This document shows, piece by piece, positions 18,077 to 27,938 of a stretch of 64,000 nt of DNA. Position 1 is the first letter of the stretch; every line of letters begins with the position of its first letter. Below the pieces are notes generated by a model. That model saw only the letters and a list, made by a program, of their open reading frames with translations, was not told the DNA's origin and searched no databases. Source of the stretch: an uncultured Actinomycetota bacterium (GTDB taxonomy: Bacteria; Actinomycetota; Actinomycetes; Propionibacteriales; DAIQRJ01); assembly GCA_963724495.1 (NCBI GenBank), contig CAVRUZ010000005.1, forward strand, positions 94,193 through 158,192, read 5' to 3'. The position numbers were made by a program, and so were the translations under genes.

Positions 18077-20016
18077 GCGCTTGCCTCCTGCAGCTTGCGC
18101 TCGCGTTCGTGTTCGGCGTCGGCCAGCCGGCTGGGATCGCTCGAGTCGGCGTCGGCCGACAGCAGTTCCCGGTAGGCGGGCACGGTGGCCAGCAGCTCGC
18201 TGTGCCTGCCGACGTGAGTGATCGTGCCGTTCTGGAGCAGCGCGACCTTGTCGGCCAGCAGCACGGTGGATGCGCGGTGGGCGACGACGATCCCGGTGGC
18301 CTGCTCGAGGACGAGTCCGAGTGCCTCCTCGACCAGCGCCTCGGTCTCGACGTCCAGGGCGGACAGCGTGTCGTCGAGCACCAGGATCTTGGGTCGCGCG
18401 ATCACGGCCCGTGCCAGTGCCAGGCGCTGCCGCTGGCCACCGGACAACGACAGGCCCTGCTCCCCGACGCGAGTGTCCAACCCCCACGGCAGCTCGTAGG
18501 CGAACGTTGCCTGTGCGACGCGGAGAGCTTCGTCGATCTCGGAGTCGGTGGCCTCGATCCGGCCGAGCGTGAGGTTCTCCCGCACGCTCATGGAGAACAG
18601 CGTCGGGTCCTCGAAGGCAGTCGCCACGATCCGGCGCAGTGCCGGCAGCGTCAGCTCCCGGATGTCCAGGCCGTCGACGGTGATCCGTCCGCCGGTGACG
18701 TCGTACAGACGCGGGACCAGCGAGGTGAGCAGTGTCTTGCCGGTGCCCGTGGCGCCGACGACAGCGACGGTCTCGCCAGGCCGCACCTCGAGGTTCACGT
18801 GGCTGAGCACGTCGACGTCGGAGTCGGGATAGCGGAACGACACGTCCTCGAAGCGCAGGAGGCCCTTGGCTCCTTGCAGTTCCTTGTCGCCGCCTTCGAC
18901 CTCGGGCAGCGTGTCGAACGCTTCCAGGACCCGGTCGGCCGAGGCGCCGGCTTCCTGCGCCATCGCCATGATCCGGCCGAGCGAGGAGATCGGCCACACG
19001 AGCTGGAGCATCAGCGTCATGAACGCCACCAGCGTGCCGATGGTGATCTGGTTGCTTCCCGCGGCGTAGGCCCCGATCAGCAGCACCAGGACCAGCGTCA
19101 TGTTCGGGATGAACTCCAGCAGCGTCCAGAACCGCGCCGACACCCGGACCTTGGCAAGCGACGACTTGAGGACGGTCTGAGCGCCCCGGTCGAACCGCTC
19201 CTCCAGGTACTTCCGCCGGCCGAACGCCTTGATGACGCGAATGCCGACCGCGCCTTCCTCGATCGTCGTGGCGAGGTCGCCGAGCTGGTCCTGGAGCGAA
19301 CGGGAGATGCGCCGATAGGTCGTCTCGAACTTGAGCGTGAGCCAGACCAGTGGAAGGCAGGACAGCAGGACGACCGCACCGAGCGGCCAGTACATGCGGA
19401 ACAGCAGGATCGTCACGGTGATCACCTGGGCGATGCTGGTGATCAGGAACACGACGCCGAACCCGCAGAACCGGCGGATCTGCGAGAGGTCGGTGGTGGC
19501 GCGCGACAGCAACTGCCCGCTCTGCCAGCGGCCGTGGAAGGCCATCGGCAGCTGCTGCAAGTGGTAGTAGAGGTCGTTGCGGATGTTGCTCTCGAGCCCC
19601 AACACGGCCTTGCTCTGGGTGAAGCGACGCACACCGAGGAGGAACGCCTCGATCGCGCCGAGCGCCAGAGCCAGCAGACCGAGGGCCCAGAGGCCGTCCG
19701 GATCCTTGTTGGCGATCGGCCCGTCGATGACGTGCTTGGTCACGATCGGGATCGCGATCGACGCCGCGGTGCCGATGAGGGCGACCGAGAGCATCAGGAC
19801 CAACTGCCACTTGAACGGGTAGAGGTAGCGGCGCATCCGGAACAGCGACGTGAACCGCCCGAAGCTGCGTCCACCCTGGTCGGGGCCGGGCACGACGTTG
19901 TTGGCGTCGTAGGCATAGGGGGCGTGCCCGACGGTGATCACCTTGGCGGCGGTCTCGGTCAGGGGAGTGGGGGTATCAGCAAGCTCTTCAGCGGAGGCAG
20001 TCGACATCTGCGGCAT
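18073..20016 (-). CDS. ABC exporter, fused permease/ATP-binding subunit (heterodimer partner 1)
   Basis: 647 aa: TM domain followed by Walker A 'GATGTGKTLLTSL', signature 'LSGGQRQRLALARA' and Walker B 'ILVLDDTLSALD'. Confidence 0.9.
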   Translation of the reverse strand: MPQMSTASAEELADTPTPLTETAAKVITVGHAPYAYDANNVVPGPDQGGRSFGRFTSLFRMRRYLYPFKWQLVLMLSVALIGTAASIAIPIVTKHVIDGPIANKDPDGLWALGLLALALGAIEAFLLGVRRFTQSKAVLGLESNIRNDLYYHLQQLPMAFHGRWQSGQLLSRATTDLSQIRRFCGFGVVFLITSIAQVITVTILLFRMYWPLGAVVLLSCLPLVWLTLKFETTYRRISRSLQDQLGDLATTIEEGAVGIRVIKAFGRRKYLEERFDRGAQTVLKSSLAKVRVSARFWTLLEFIPNMTLVLVLLIGAYAAGSNQITIGTLVAFMTLMLQLVWPISSLGRIMAMAQEAGASADRVLEAFDTLPEVEGGDKELQGAKGLLRFEDVSFRYPDSDVDVLSHVNLEVRPGETVAVVGATGTGKTLLTSLVPRLYDVTGGRITVDGLDIRELTLPALRRIVATAFEDPTLFSMSVRENLTLGRIEATDSEIDEALRVAQATFAYELPWGLDTRVGEQGLSLSGGQRQRLALARAVIARPKILVLDDTLSALDVETEALVEEALGLVLEQATGIVVAHRASTVLLADKVALLQNGTITHVGRHSELLATVPAYRELLSADADSSDPSRLADAEHERERKLQEASA

Positions 20017-20315
20017 GGGTGCGGGAATTCACTCTCTCGTTGCGTGGTCGGCTCGTGCTGGAAATCGTCGTACCCGACACCACGGGGAGGGTGCTCGGCG
20101 CCTGGACGACCCTGTCCGGCAGGGTCACAGCATATGCTTAGGCACGCTAACTAGTCCAGTTCATTAGCTAGAGCAACGACCCTGCAGCCACACTTGTTCC
20201 TGGCGTGGCGGATTCGGCTATGCAGGGCACAACATCGTCGGTGCTAGCGCCGAAGAGATGCCGATCCAGCTGGCGAGACCGTCGCCGCGGACCGGGTCAG
20301 CCCACCTCATTCAGA

Positions 20316-21431
20316 TCAAGAACGTGGTGACATCTCGTTCACCCATGCGGCCACGGCGGCGAGCAGGCCGTCGTTCTCCGGCGGCAGACCGATGCTGATG
20401 CGCACGCCGTCCCCGGCGAACGGGCGCACCACGGAGCCCGCAGTTTCGCAGTGCTCGGCGAACGCGGTGGAGTGCTCGCCGAGGCTTATCCAGACGAAGT
20501 TCGCCTGGCTGTCCGGTACGTCGAGACCCAGGCCGCGGATCGACGCCAGTACCCGTGTCCGCTCGGCAACGACCAGGGCCAACTGGTCGCGGACGTGAGC
20601 CTCGACCCCCAGCGCGGCGATCGCAGCGGCCTGCGCTGCTGCCCCGACCCCGAACGGCAGGGCGCACTTGGCCACCGCCTCGGCCACGTCCCGAGAACCG
20701 ACGGCGTAGCCGACCCGGAAGCCCGCCAGTGCATAGGCCTTGCTGAACGTCCGGAGGCTGACCACGTTCGGGCGGTCCAGCAGCGGCTGTCCGCGCCCGG
20801 CGACATGCGGGTCGGGCGACGCGAACTCCTCGTACGCCTCGTCGATCACCAGCAGGACCCGGCCGGGCAGCCCGTCGGCCAGAGCGTCCAGCTCGTCCTG
20901 GGTGATCGCGGGACCAGTCGGGTTGTTGGGGGTGCAGGCGAGCACGACGCGGGTGCGATCGGTGACGGCCGCCAGCATGCCGGTCACGTCGTGCCGAGCG
21001 TCGGCGGTCAACGGGACGCGCACCGAACGGGCACCGACCAGCTGAGTGGCGATGGGGTAGGCCTCGAACGACCGCCAGGCGTAGACGACCTCGTCACCGG
21101 GATCGCAGAAGGCCTGCAGCAGGTGGTACACGACGGCAACGGACCCCGTCGCAGGTGCGATGCGGTCTGGCGTCACGCCGTGGCGCTCGGCCAGGACGGC
21201 CTTCAGTTCCACGCAGCCTGGGTCGGGGTAGCGGTTCCCGGCGGAGGCTGCTCGCGCGATGGCCGCCTCGACTTCAGGGAACGGCGGATACGGGAGTTCG
21301 TTCGACGACAGCTTGGCCAACGGCACGCCGTCCGGGCCCAGTGCCGACCGGCCGGCCTTGTACGCGGGGATGTCGTCCAGCGCCGTTCGAGCACGTGGGC
21401 GGTCGTGCTCGGGCGTCGGCATGCCGCCCAT
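20316..21431 (-). CDS. Class I/II aminotransferase, histidinol-phosphate/aromatic aminotransferase-like
   Basis: 'KLSSNELPYPP', 'TPNNPTG', 'VIDEAYEEFA' and the PLP-lysine context 'SLRTFSKAYALAGFRVGY'. Confidence 0.85.
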   Translation of the reverse strand: MGGMPTPEHDRPRARTALDDIPAYKAGRSALGPDGVPLAKLSSNELPYPPFPEVEAAIARAASAGNRYPDPGCVELKAVLAERHGVTPDRIAPATGSVAVVYHLLQAFCDPGDEVVYAWRSFEAYPIATQLVGARSVRVPLTADARHDVTGMLAAVTDRTRVVLACTPNNPTGPAITQDELDALADGLPGRVLLVIDEAYEEFASPDPHVAGRGQPLLDRPNVVSLRTFSKAYALAGFRVGYAVGSRDVAEAVAKCALPFGVGAAAQAAAIAALGVEAHVRDQLALVVAERTRVLASIRGLGLDVPDSQANFVWISLGEHSTAFAEHCETAGSVVRPFAGDGVRISIGLPPENDGLLAAVAAWVNEMSPRS

Positions 21432-21507
21432 TCTCTCGGGGACGGATAGCCCTCGGCCGCTGGGCCTACCTCACGGTCACTTGCCGGGCCTGAGTCGTAG
21501 GCCAGAG

Positions 21508-22369
21508 CTAGCCGACCTCCGACGGGCCACGGTGGAGCTTCGGCACGTCGGCGAGCAATCGCTTGGTATAGGGGTGGGTCGGGTTGAAGATCACTTCGTC
21601 GGTGCTGCCCTGCTCCACCAGCATGCCGTTGCTCATCACCAGGACGCGGTCGGCGATGTAGCACGCCTGCCCGATGTCATGCGTGATGAACAGGACCGTG
21701 AGTCCCACTTCGCTGCGCAGGTCGGAGAGCACGTTGAGGATGTTGGCCCGCAGGGACGCGTCCAGCATCGAGGTGGCCTCGTCGGCGACGAGCAGCTTGG
21801 GCGTCAGGAGCAGCGCCCGGGCGATCATCACCCGCTGGCGTTGCCCGCCGGACAGCTGGTGCGGGAACTTCTCCAGCACGTCGTCGGGCTTGAGCCCGAC
21901 GTGGCCGAGCGCCTTCTCCAGATCGAGGTCGCTCACCGCCCGCAGCCGGCTCGACCGCATGAGCAGCCGCCGGACGGTGAAGAACTGGTTGAACGACGCG
22001 AACGGGTCCTGGAACACCGCCTGGACACTCCGCCAGTGATCCCGCAGCTCCGAGCCGCGGATCGCCGGTCACGTCCTTGCCGGCCAGCGAGATGGTTCCG
22101 GAGGTCACCGGCATGAGGCGCAGGACGAGCCGCGCCAGCGTCGACTTCCCCGAGCCGGACTCACCGACGATCGCCACGACCTCGCGGGTGCGCAGGTCGA
22201 ACGAGACGTCCTCGACGGCGCGGACCGCTGAGTGGCCGTGGCCGAAGACCTTCGTGACCCGCTTCGCCTCGAGCAGGACCTCGCCGGGTTCCCCGCCCGC
22301 CAGAGCGGGTGGCAGGCCCTCCTCGTCGGCGGCACTGGGCAGGTCGATGATCTCGTCGGCCGCGCTCAT
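21508..22369 (-). pseudogene. Peptide-type ABC importer ATP-binding protein (OppF/DppF-like), frame broken (or assembly indel)
   Basis: The N-terminal half (start ATG 22369, Walker A 'GESGSGKSTLARL') and the C-terminal half ('RDHWRSVQAVFQDPF...LSGGQRQRV...LLVADEATSMLD') lie in frames offset by +1. The break must fall within about 22048-22070. Confidence 0.8.
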
Positions 22370-23406
22370 GGGGTCACCTCCAAGGACTCGCCCTCGTGCT
22401 TGGCCGCCCACCAGCAGGCGGAGTAGGCACTCGGTGACCCGACGTGCGGCGGGAACTCCTCGTTGCACTCGTCCATCGCGTAGGGGCAGCGCGGGTGGAA
22501 GGGGCAGCCGGACGGCAGCGAGAGCATGTTGGGGGGCGATCCGGGTATCGACTGCACCCGGCGCTGGCGCAGCTGCGGCTCGGGCACGAGCACCGAGTTC
22601 AGCAGCGCCGCCGAGTAGGGGTGGCGCGGTGCGGTGACCAGCGTCTCGGTGTCGTTGATCTCCACGATCTTGCCGGCGTACATCACCGCAAGCCGGGTGG
22701 ACACCGTGCGCAGCACCGGGATGTCGTGGGTGATGAAGATGACGCCGCTCATGATCCGCTGCTCGAGCATCGCCTGCAGCATCTCGATGAGGTTCTTCTG
22801 GCTGGAGACATCGAGCGCGGAAGTGGGCTCGTCGGCGATGAGCAGCTTCGGGTTCAGCAAGGTGGAGATCACGGTCACCACGCGCTGTTTCATGCCGCCG
22901 GACAGCTGGTGGGGGTAGGCGTCGAGTACGCGGGCAGGGAGCTCCAACTGGGTCAGGCGGTCACGCGCGAGGTCGAGCGCATCGCTGCGCTTGGTGTCGC
23001 GGCGGTGAGCACGCACCACGTCGACGACGAGGTCGCGGATGCGCACCGTCGGGCTCAGGGAGTTCAGCGCTCCCTGCGGCAGGAGGGACACCACCGAGCC
23101 GCGCCAGGTGCGGGCCAGGCGGTCCATCCGGGTGAGGTCCTGCACCTCCCCGTCGACATCGAGTTCACCCGACAGCACCCGCAACGGCGCGCGCGCCGTG
23201 AGCGAGAGGATGGCGCCCAGCGTCGACTTGCCGCAGCCCGACTCGCCGGCAACGCCGATCACGTCGCCCTCGCCGATGTCGAGGCTGACGTCGTCGACGG
23301 CCACGACGTCACCACTCGGCCCGGAGTACGCGGCCCTGAGGTTGCGGGCCGACACCAACAGCCTTCGGCCGCCGGTCTGCCCGGGTTGTGCCTGGATGGC
23401 GGTCAT
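22366..23406 (-). CDS. Peptide-type ABC importer ATP-binding protein (OppD/DppD-like)
   Basis: Walker A 'GESGCGKSTLG', signature 'LSGGMKQRV', and the oligopeptide C-terminal domain 'PRHPYSAALLNSV...GCPFHPRCPYAMDEC'. Both its ATG (23406) and its stop form ATGA overlaps with neighbouring genes. Confidence 0.9.
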   Translation of the reverse strand: MTAIQAQPGQTGGRRLLVSARNLRAAYSGPSGDVVAVDDVSLDIGEGDVIGVAGESGCGKSTLGAILSLTARAPLRVLSGELDVDGEVQDLTRMDRLARTWRGSVVSLLPQGALNSLSPTVRIRDLVVDVVRAHRRDTKRSDALDLARDRLTQLELPARVLDAYPHQLSGGMKQRVVTVISTLLNPKLLIADEPTSALDVSSQKNLIEMLQAMLEQRIMSGVIFITHDIPVLRTVSTRLAVMYAGKIVEINDTETLVTAPRHPYSAALLNSVLVPEPQLRQRRVQSIPGSPPNMLSLPSGCPFHPRCPYAMDECNEEFPPHVGSPSAYSACWWAAKHEGESLEVTP

Positions 23407-24302
23407 CTGCGCTCCTCGACCGGCTCGGGTGCGTCGACAAGCACGACGGCGCCAGCCCTGGGTGCGACCTCCTTGTTCCCGCGGCCGCCGCGCAGCCGGG
23501 GATTGAACACCTCGTCGAGGCTGGCCTGCATCAACAGCAGCGCGAAGGCGATCACGGTCAGGACCAATGTCGGCGGCACGAACGCCCACCAGGCGCCGGA
23601 CTGCACCGAGCCCCAGGCCAGCGCCCAATGCAGCATGATGCCGAGGCTGGTCCCGCTGGACGGCCCGAGCCCCAGCAGGCTGAGCCCGGCCTCCGCGAGG
23701 ATCGCTCCGGAGACCTGCAGCACGAATGCCATCACCACGTAGCTGAGCAGGTATGGCAGCACGTCGAACACCAGCATGCTCGGCGTTCGAGCCCCCGACA
23801 GCCGGGCGACGTCGATGTGCTCGCGCGTCGCCACCGAATTCGTCTGCGCCCTGACGGCTCGCGCGGTCCAGGGCCAGGAGGTGATCCCGATGATGAAGGC
23901 CATGGTGAAGAGGGACTTGGAGCCCAGCGCGATCGACAACAGGATCAGCACGACGATGGAGGGAATCGCCAGGACCACGTTGGTGATCCCCATCAGGCCT
24001 TCCTCGACCCAGCCGCGGGTGTAGCCGGCCACGGTGCCGATCACCACGCCGATGACGCTGGCCAGAATGCCTGCCACCAGTCCGATCGTGAGCGACGTGC
24101 GGGTCCCCGCCATCAGATTGGCGAGCACGTCATGCCCGATGTTGTCCGTCCCGAGGGGTGCGTCGGCCGAGGGCGGGTCATAGAGGCCGCCGACCTCCGC
24201 GAACGGGTCGACCGTATAGATCAGTGGTCCGACGAAGCCGAGCAGCAGGACCAGGATCACCAGTACGGCGGAGAACCAGAACCGGGGAGTAAAGCGCCTC
24301 AT
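23403..24302 (-). CDS. ABC importer permease (DppC/OppC-like)
   Basis: 299 aa, six TM segments, with the conserved cytoplasmic-loop region 'ATREHIDVARLSGARTPSMLVFDVLP'. Confidence 0.9.
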   Translation of the reverse strand: MRRFTPRFWFSAVLVILVLLLGFVGPLIYTVDPFAEVGGLYDPPSADAPLGTDNIGHDVLANLMAGTRTSLTIGLVAGILASVIGVVIGTVAGYTRGWVEEGLMGITNVVLAIPSIVVLILLSIALGSKSLFTMAFIIGITSWPWTARAVRAQTNSVATREHIDVARLSGARTPSMLVFDVLPYLLSYVVMAFVLQVSGAILAEAGLSLLGLGPSSGTSLGIMLHWALAWGSVQSGAWWAFVPPTLVLTVIAFALLLMQASLDEVFNPRLRGGRGNKEVAPRAGAVVLVDAPEPVEERR

Positions 24303-24312
24303 TGTCTGCTCC

Positions 24313-25323
24313 TCACCTGTCGCCAGTGGCGGCGGCGCGGATGCGCGGATCCACGAAGCCGTACGCCACCTCGACGAGGAAGTTCGCCACGAGAACGGCG
24401 ATCGCGATGATCAGGGTCACCGCCTGGATCATTGGGTAGTCGCTCGTCTGGATGGCGTTGAACAACACCGATCCGATGCCCGGATAGGAGAACACGAGTT
24501 CGGTGACAAGCGCTCCGCCTACCAGGCCACCGATGGAGAGGGCGAGCCCGGTCAGCTGCGGCAACATCGCGTTCCGGAAGATGTAGCGGGTGATGCGAGC
24601 GTCGGCGAGGCCGAGGCCACGGGAGTAGTTCACGTAGTCAGAGTTGTTCTCATAGATCGCCATCGACCGCATCCCCACGGCCTGCCCGCCGATGAAAATC
24701 AACACCAGCGACAGGAACGGGAGCCAGTAGTAATGCAGGGCGTCGCGGATGAAGGCCAGCGTCAGCTCAGGGGTCAGCCCGAACGAGTAACCGCCTCCGG
24801 TAGGAAAGATCTCGAACGTGACTGCGAACAGGTACAGCAGCAGGATCGCCAGGCAGTAGTAGGGCATCGATGTGAGGAACAGCGAGCCGATGAAGGCGCC
24901 GCTGTCGAGCCAACCGCCCTTGTAGGCCGCGAGCGCACCGAGGATGTTGCCCACCAGCCAGCCGATGAGAACGGCCGGGAGTTGGAGCGCGATGCTCCAC
25001 GGGATGGCCTGGCTGATCAGCGGGGCGACCTTGGCCGGATACTGCGAGAAGCTGGTGCCGAGATCGCCGTGCAGAATGTTTTGCAGGTAGATGAGGAACT
25101 GCTTCCACATGGGTTCGTCGAGCCCGAACTCCGCCATGTAGTGCTGGTAGATCGTCTGCATCTGTTCGCCCTCCACCCCGCCGCCGCGCCCGAGCTGCGC
25201 GATGATTGCGTCGACGGGGTTCCCGGGCACAAGCCGAGGCAGGAGGAAGTTCAGGAAGACGGCGACCAGGAGGGCGACCGCGTACCAGACCGCCTTGCGC
25301 AGAAGGTATTTCGCGAGAACCAT
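24313..25323 (-). CDS. ABC importer permease (DppB/OppB-like)
   Basis: 336 aa. The N-terminus 'YLLRKAVWYAVALLVAVFLNFLLPRLVPGNP' and the loop 'DYVNYSRGLGLADARITRYIFRNAMLP' are typical of the family. Confidence 0.9.
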   Translation of the reverse strand: MVLAKYLLRKAVWYAVALLVAVFLNFLLPRLVPGNPVDAIIAQLGRGGGVEGEQMQTIYQHYMAEFGLDEPMWKQFLIYLQNILHGDLGTSFSQYPAKVAPLISQAIPWSIALQLPAVLIGWLVGNILGALAAYKGGWLDSGAFIGSLFLTSMPYYCLAILLLYLFAVTFEIFPTGGGYSFGLTPELTLAFIRDALHYYWLPFLSLVLIFIGGQAVGMRSMAIYENNSDYVNYSRGLGLADARITRYIFRNAMLPQLTGLALSIGGLVGGALVTELVFSYPGIGSVLFNAIQTSDYPMIQAVTLIIAIAVLVANFLVEVAYGFVDPRIRAAATGDR

Positions 25324-25390
25324 GCACCACCCCGATCGGAGTCGGGGCTCGTGAGCGCCGGCCAGGCACCCGCGGGCCCGACGACTGACT

Positions 25391-27211
25391 TCAGCTGGTG
25401 GGGACCTTCTTCAGTTTGAACAGCCATTCGACCCCAGCGCCGCTGAACTGCGGCGGGGCGAACGGGTTGTTCTCGTCGGGGAAGCCTTCCCAGTTGGTCT
25501 GGTTGAACTCGTAGAACTCCAGCGGGCGGTACATGAGCCCGATGCAGGGGACCTGTTCGCGGTAGATGCTGTCGAGTTTGGAGTACGTCTCCTTCAGCTT
25601 GGCGTCATCAGTCGAGGCACCGGCCTCGTCCAGAAGGCCCGCCACTTCGGGATGCGAGAACCGGTTGTAGTTCCAGTACGCCACCTTGCCCATGTCGGCG
25701 ACACCACGGATGTCCATCATGTCGCGGAATCGGTTCCAGGGGCTGTTTGCCGCGACCCCGGCGAAGTACCAGCAGGCGAGCTCGAAGTTCCCGTTGTTCA
25801 TGGCATTGGTGACGTTCGGTGCCTGCGGAAAATACGTCTTGATGTCGATGCCGACGGCCTTGGCCGACGTCGCGACAACCTGCAATGCAGCCTGCCAGTC
25901 CGACCATCCGGTGGGGGTCTGCGCCGTCCACGTTCCGAGTCGGGTGCCGTCGGGCAACGAGTAGATCCCGTCGGAGCCCTTCGTGCACTTGAGGTCCTTC
26001 TCGAGAATCTCGATCGCCTTGTCGGGGTCGTAGGTCCACCCCTCTGCTTCGACCTTGTCGGCGTCGAAGTACTTCTCTTCGGCACCCGAAGGCAGGATCA
26101 CCGATGCCTTGCACGGGATCGAGTACTTCGACATCGCGGTGTCGGCGATCTGCTTGTAGTTGATGGAGTAGGCCAGGGCCTGGCGGACCTTGACGTTGTC
26201 GAGGCCCTTCTTCTTGATGTTGATCTGCAGCCACGGAATCGAACCGGGCAGGTGATAGGGCGGCTTCTTCGACCAGGTGGACGCCGGAGCGCCCTTGTCC
26301 TCCCACATCTTCCAGATCTGGGGGGTGAACTGCTGGCTGACGTCAATCGTGCCCTTCTCGAACGCCAGGTCGCCACCCTGGTTGTCCTTGAAGATCGGGT
26401 GGACGATCTTCAAGGGTTGGGGCTGTCCGCCGAAGGTCTCGTTGCCCCAGTAGTCGTCGCGTCGCTTGAGGACCACCTGGGTCTGGTCGGCGTTCTCGAT
26501 CACGTACGGCCCCGACCCGATGGGCTTGAGGTTCGTCGCCTTCTGCAGTTGGCCGTCCGCTTCGATCGGCTCCCACACGTGCTTCGGCAGGATCCCAATA
26601 CCGGCGATGTTCGACTTTACGTTGTTGGGATTCAGGCGCTTGGGGTTCAGCTTGAAGACGACCGCGGAGTCGCCCTCGGCGGACACGTCGGTGACGTAGT
26701 TCCACAAGGTCGCGTAGGAGAGTTCGTCGTTGCGCTTGGCCAGTTCGAACGTGAAGACGACATCGTCGACGGTGACAGGCTTGCCGTCGGAGAAGGTGGC
26801 CCCCGACTGGAGGGGGATCTTGATGGTCGCGTCGTCGACCTGTTCGATGCCGGTCCCTAGACCGGGGTCGAGTTTGCCGTTCAGCAGGTTGAACCGCACC
26901 AGTGACTCGTATATGAGCTGCATGTTGTCGAAGCCCGCCGGCCAGCCGATGTTCGTTCCCAGCGGGTTGAAGTGCGGTGGGGCGCCCCACTGGAACCCGG
27001 CGATGAACAGGGTGTCGCCCGACATACCCTCGCGGCCCTTGCCGACGGGGTTGCCACCGCCGGCGGGAGCCTCCCCGGTGGAGCCACTGTTGTCTTTCAG
27101 CTTCGTGGAGCAGCCGGCGAGACTTCCGGCGCCCGCGAAGGCCGCCAGTGCCGCCAGCGAGAGGAACCGCCGTCGCGACGTTCCGGTGCCTATTTCCCCG
27201 TTTTCAGCCAT
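25391..27211 (-). CDS. ABC importer substrate-binding lipoprotein (family 5, peptide/nickel type)
   Basis: The ATG at 27211 has an AGGAGG RBS. Tat motif 'SRRRFLS' plus lipobox 'LAGC'. The mature domain is about 570 aa and SBP_bac_5-like. Confidence 0.9.
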   Translation of the reverse strand: MAENGEIGTGTSRRRFLSLAALAAFAGAGSLAGCSTKLKDNSGSTGEAPAGGGNPVGKGREGMSGDTLFIAGFQWGAPPHFNPLGTNIGWPAGFDNMQLIYESLVRFNLLNGKLDPGLGTGIEQVDDATIKIPLQSGATFSDGKPVTVDDVVFTFELAKRNDELSYATLWNYVTDVSAEGDSAVVFKLNPKRLNPNNVKSNIAGIGILPKHVWEPIEADGQLQKATNLKPIGSGPYVIENADQTQVVLKRRDDYWGNETFGGQPQPLKIVHPIFKDNQGGDLAFEKGTIDVSQQFTPQIWKMWEDKGAPASTWSKKPPYHLPGSIPWLQINIKKKGLDNVKVRQALAYSINYKQIADTAMSKYSIPCKASVILPSGAEEKYFDADKVEAEGWTYDPDKAIEILEKDLKCTKGSDGIYSLPDGTRLGTWTAQTPTGWSDWQAALQVVATSAKAVGIDIKTYFPQAPNVTNAMNNGNFELACWYFAGVAANSPWNRFRDMMDIRGVADMGKVAYWNYNRFSHPEVAGLLDEAGASTDDAKLKETYSKLDSIYREQVPCIGLMYRPLEFYEFNQTNWEGFPDENNPFAPPQFSGAGVEWLFKLKKVPTS

Positions 27212-27510
27212 ATAGAGCCTCCTGAGCGTCGTTTCACGCCGCGGACCGGTCGGTAACTTGGGCGGCAGGAACATAGAACCCCCGCAGTCCGGCGCAGAGC
27301 AATGATCCGGCGGGCGTGTCCGGTACCGGGCATTGGCGCATGTGGTCTCGCTGCGTACCTACGAGACCCGCTCCGCTGCCAGAGGCGCGTGCGACTCGGC
27401 CGACCACGGCCGTGCCAAGATGACCGCCAGTTCTGGTCGAGAGCACCAGTCACCGGTCTGTCGAGCCGACATTCGTCGCGGCAGCCATGGTCCGAGGCAG
27501 GAGTGGCCGC

Positions 27511-27912
27511 ATGAAGCTCGTCGTTCGTCTCATCGCCAACGCGCTCGCGCTGGCGCTGGCGGCCTGGCTGCTGCCGGGCATCACCGTGACTGCGTCCACC
27601 ACCCTCAACGAGGTGTTGACCGTCGTGGTCGTTGCGGCTGTCTTCGGCCTCGTGAACGCGATCGTCAAGCCCATCGCCAAGTTCGTCGGGTGCGTGCTGA
27701 TCGTGCTCACGCTCGGTCTGATGCTCCTGGTGATCAACGCGCTGATGCTGCTCCTCACGTCGTGGCTCTGCGAGCAGCTCGGCGTCGGGTTCTACGTCGA
27801 TGGCTTCTGGACCGCTCTCCTCGGCGGCCTCATCCTGAGCATCGTCTCGGGCTTGCTCTACTCACTGCTCGGCGGAGACCGCGACAACCGGCCGTTCCGC
27901 AACGACAGCTGA
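27511..27912 (+). CDS. Phage-holin-family (Phage_holin_4_2/YvlD-like) membrane protein
   Basis: Starts 'MKLVVRLIANALALALAAWLLPGI' after an AGGAG RBS. About four TM segments, including 'VNAIVKPIAKFVGCVLIVLTLGLMLLVINALML'. Confidence 0.75.
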   Translation: MKLVVRLIANALALALAAWLLPGITVTASTTLNEVLTVVVVAAVFGLVNAIVKPIAKFVGCVLIVLTLGLMLLVINALMLLLTSWLCEQLGVGFYVDGFWTALLGGLILSIVSGLLYSLLGGDRDNRPFRNDS

Positions 27913-27938
27913 GGGTCGACCGAGCTTCCGCAAGTGCC

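Noticed and set aside
16157-19810. 1217-aa ORF in the track spanning both ABC exporter genes
   Set aside because: Only its C-terminal 640 aa (from ATG 18076, 'MTTTTDRT') look like protein. Upstream of that it runs out of frame across the real upstream gene (18073-20016) and encodes Arg/Pro/Gly-rich nonsense. This is a typical open-frame artefact of very GC-rich DNA.
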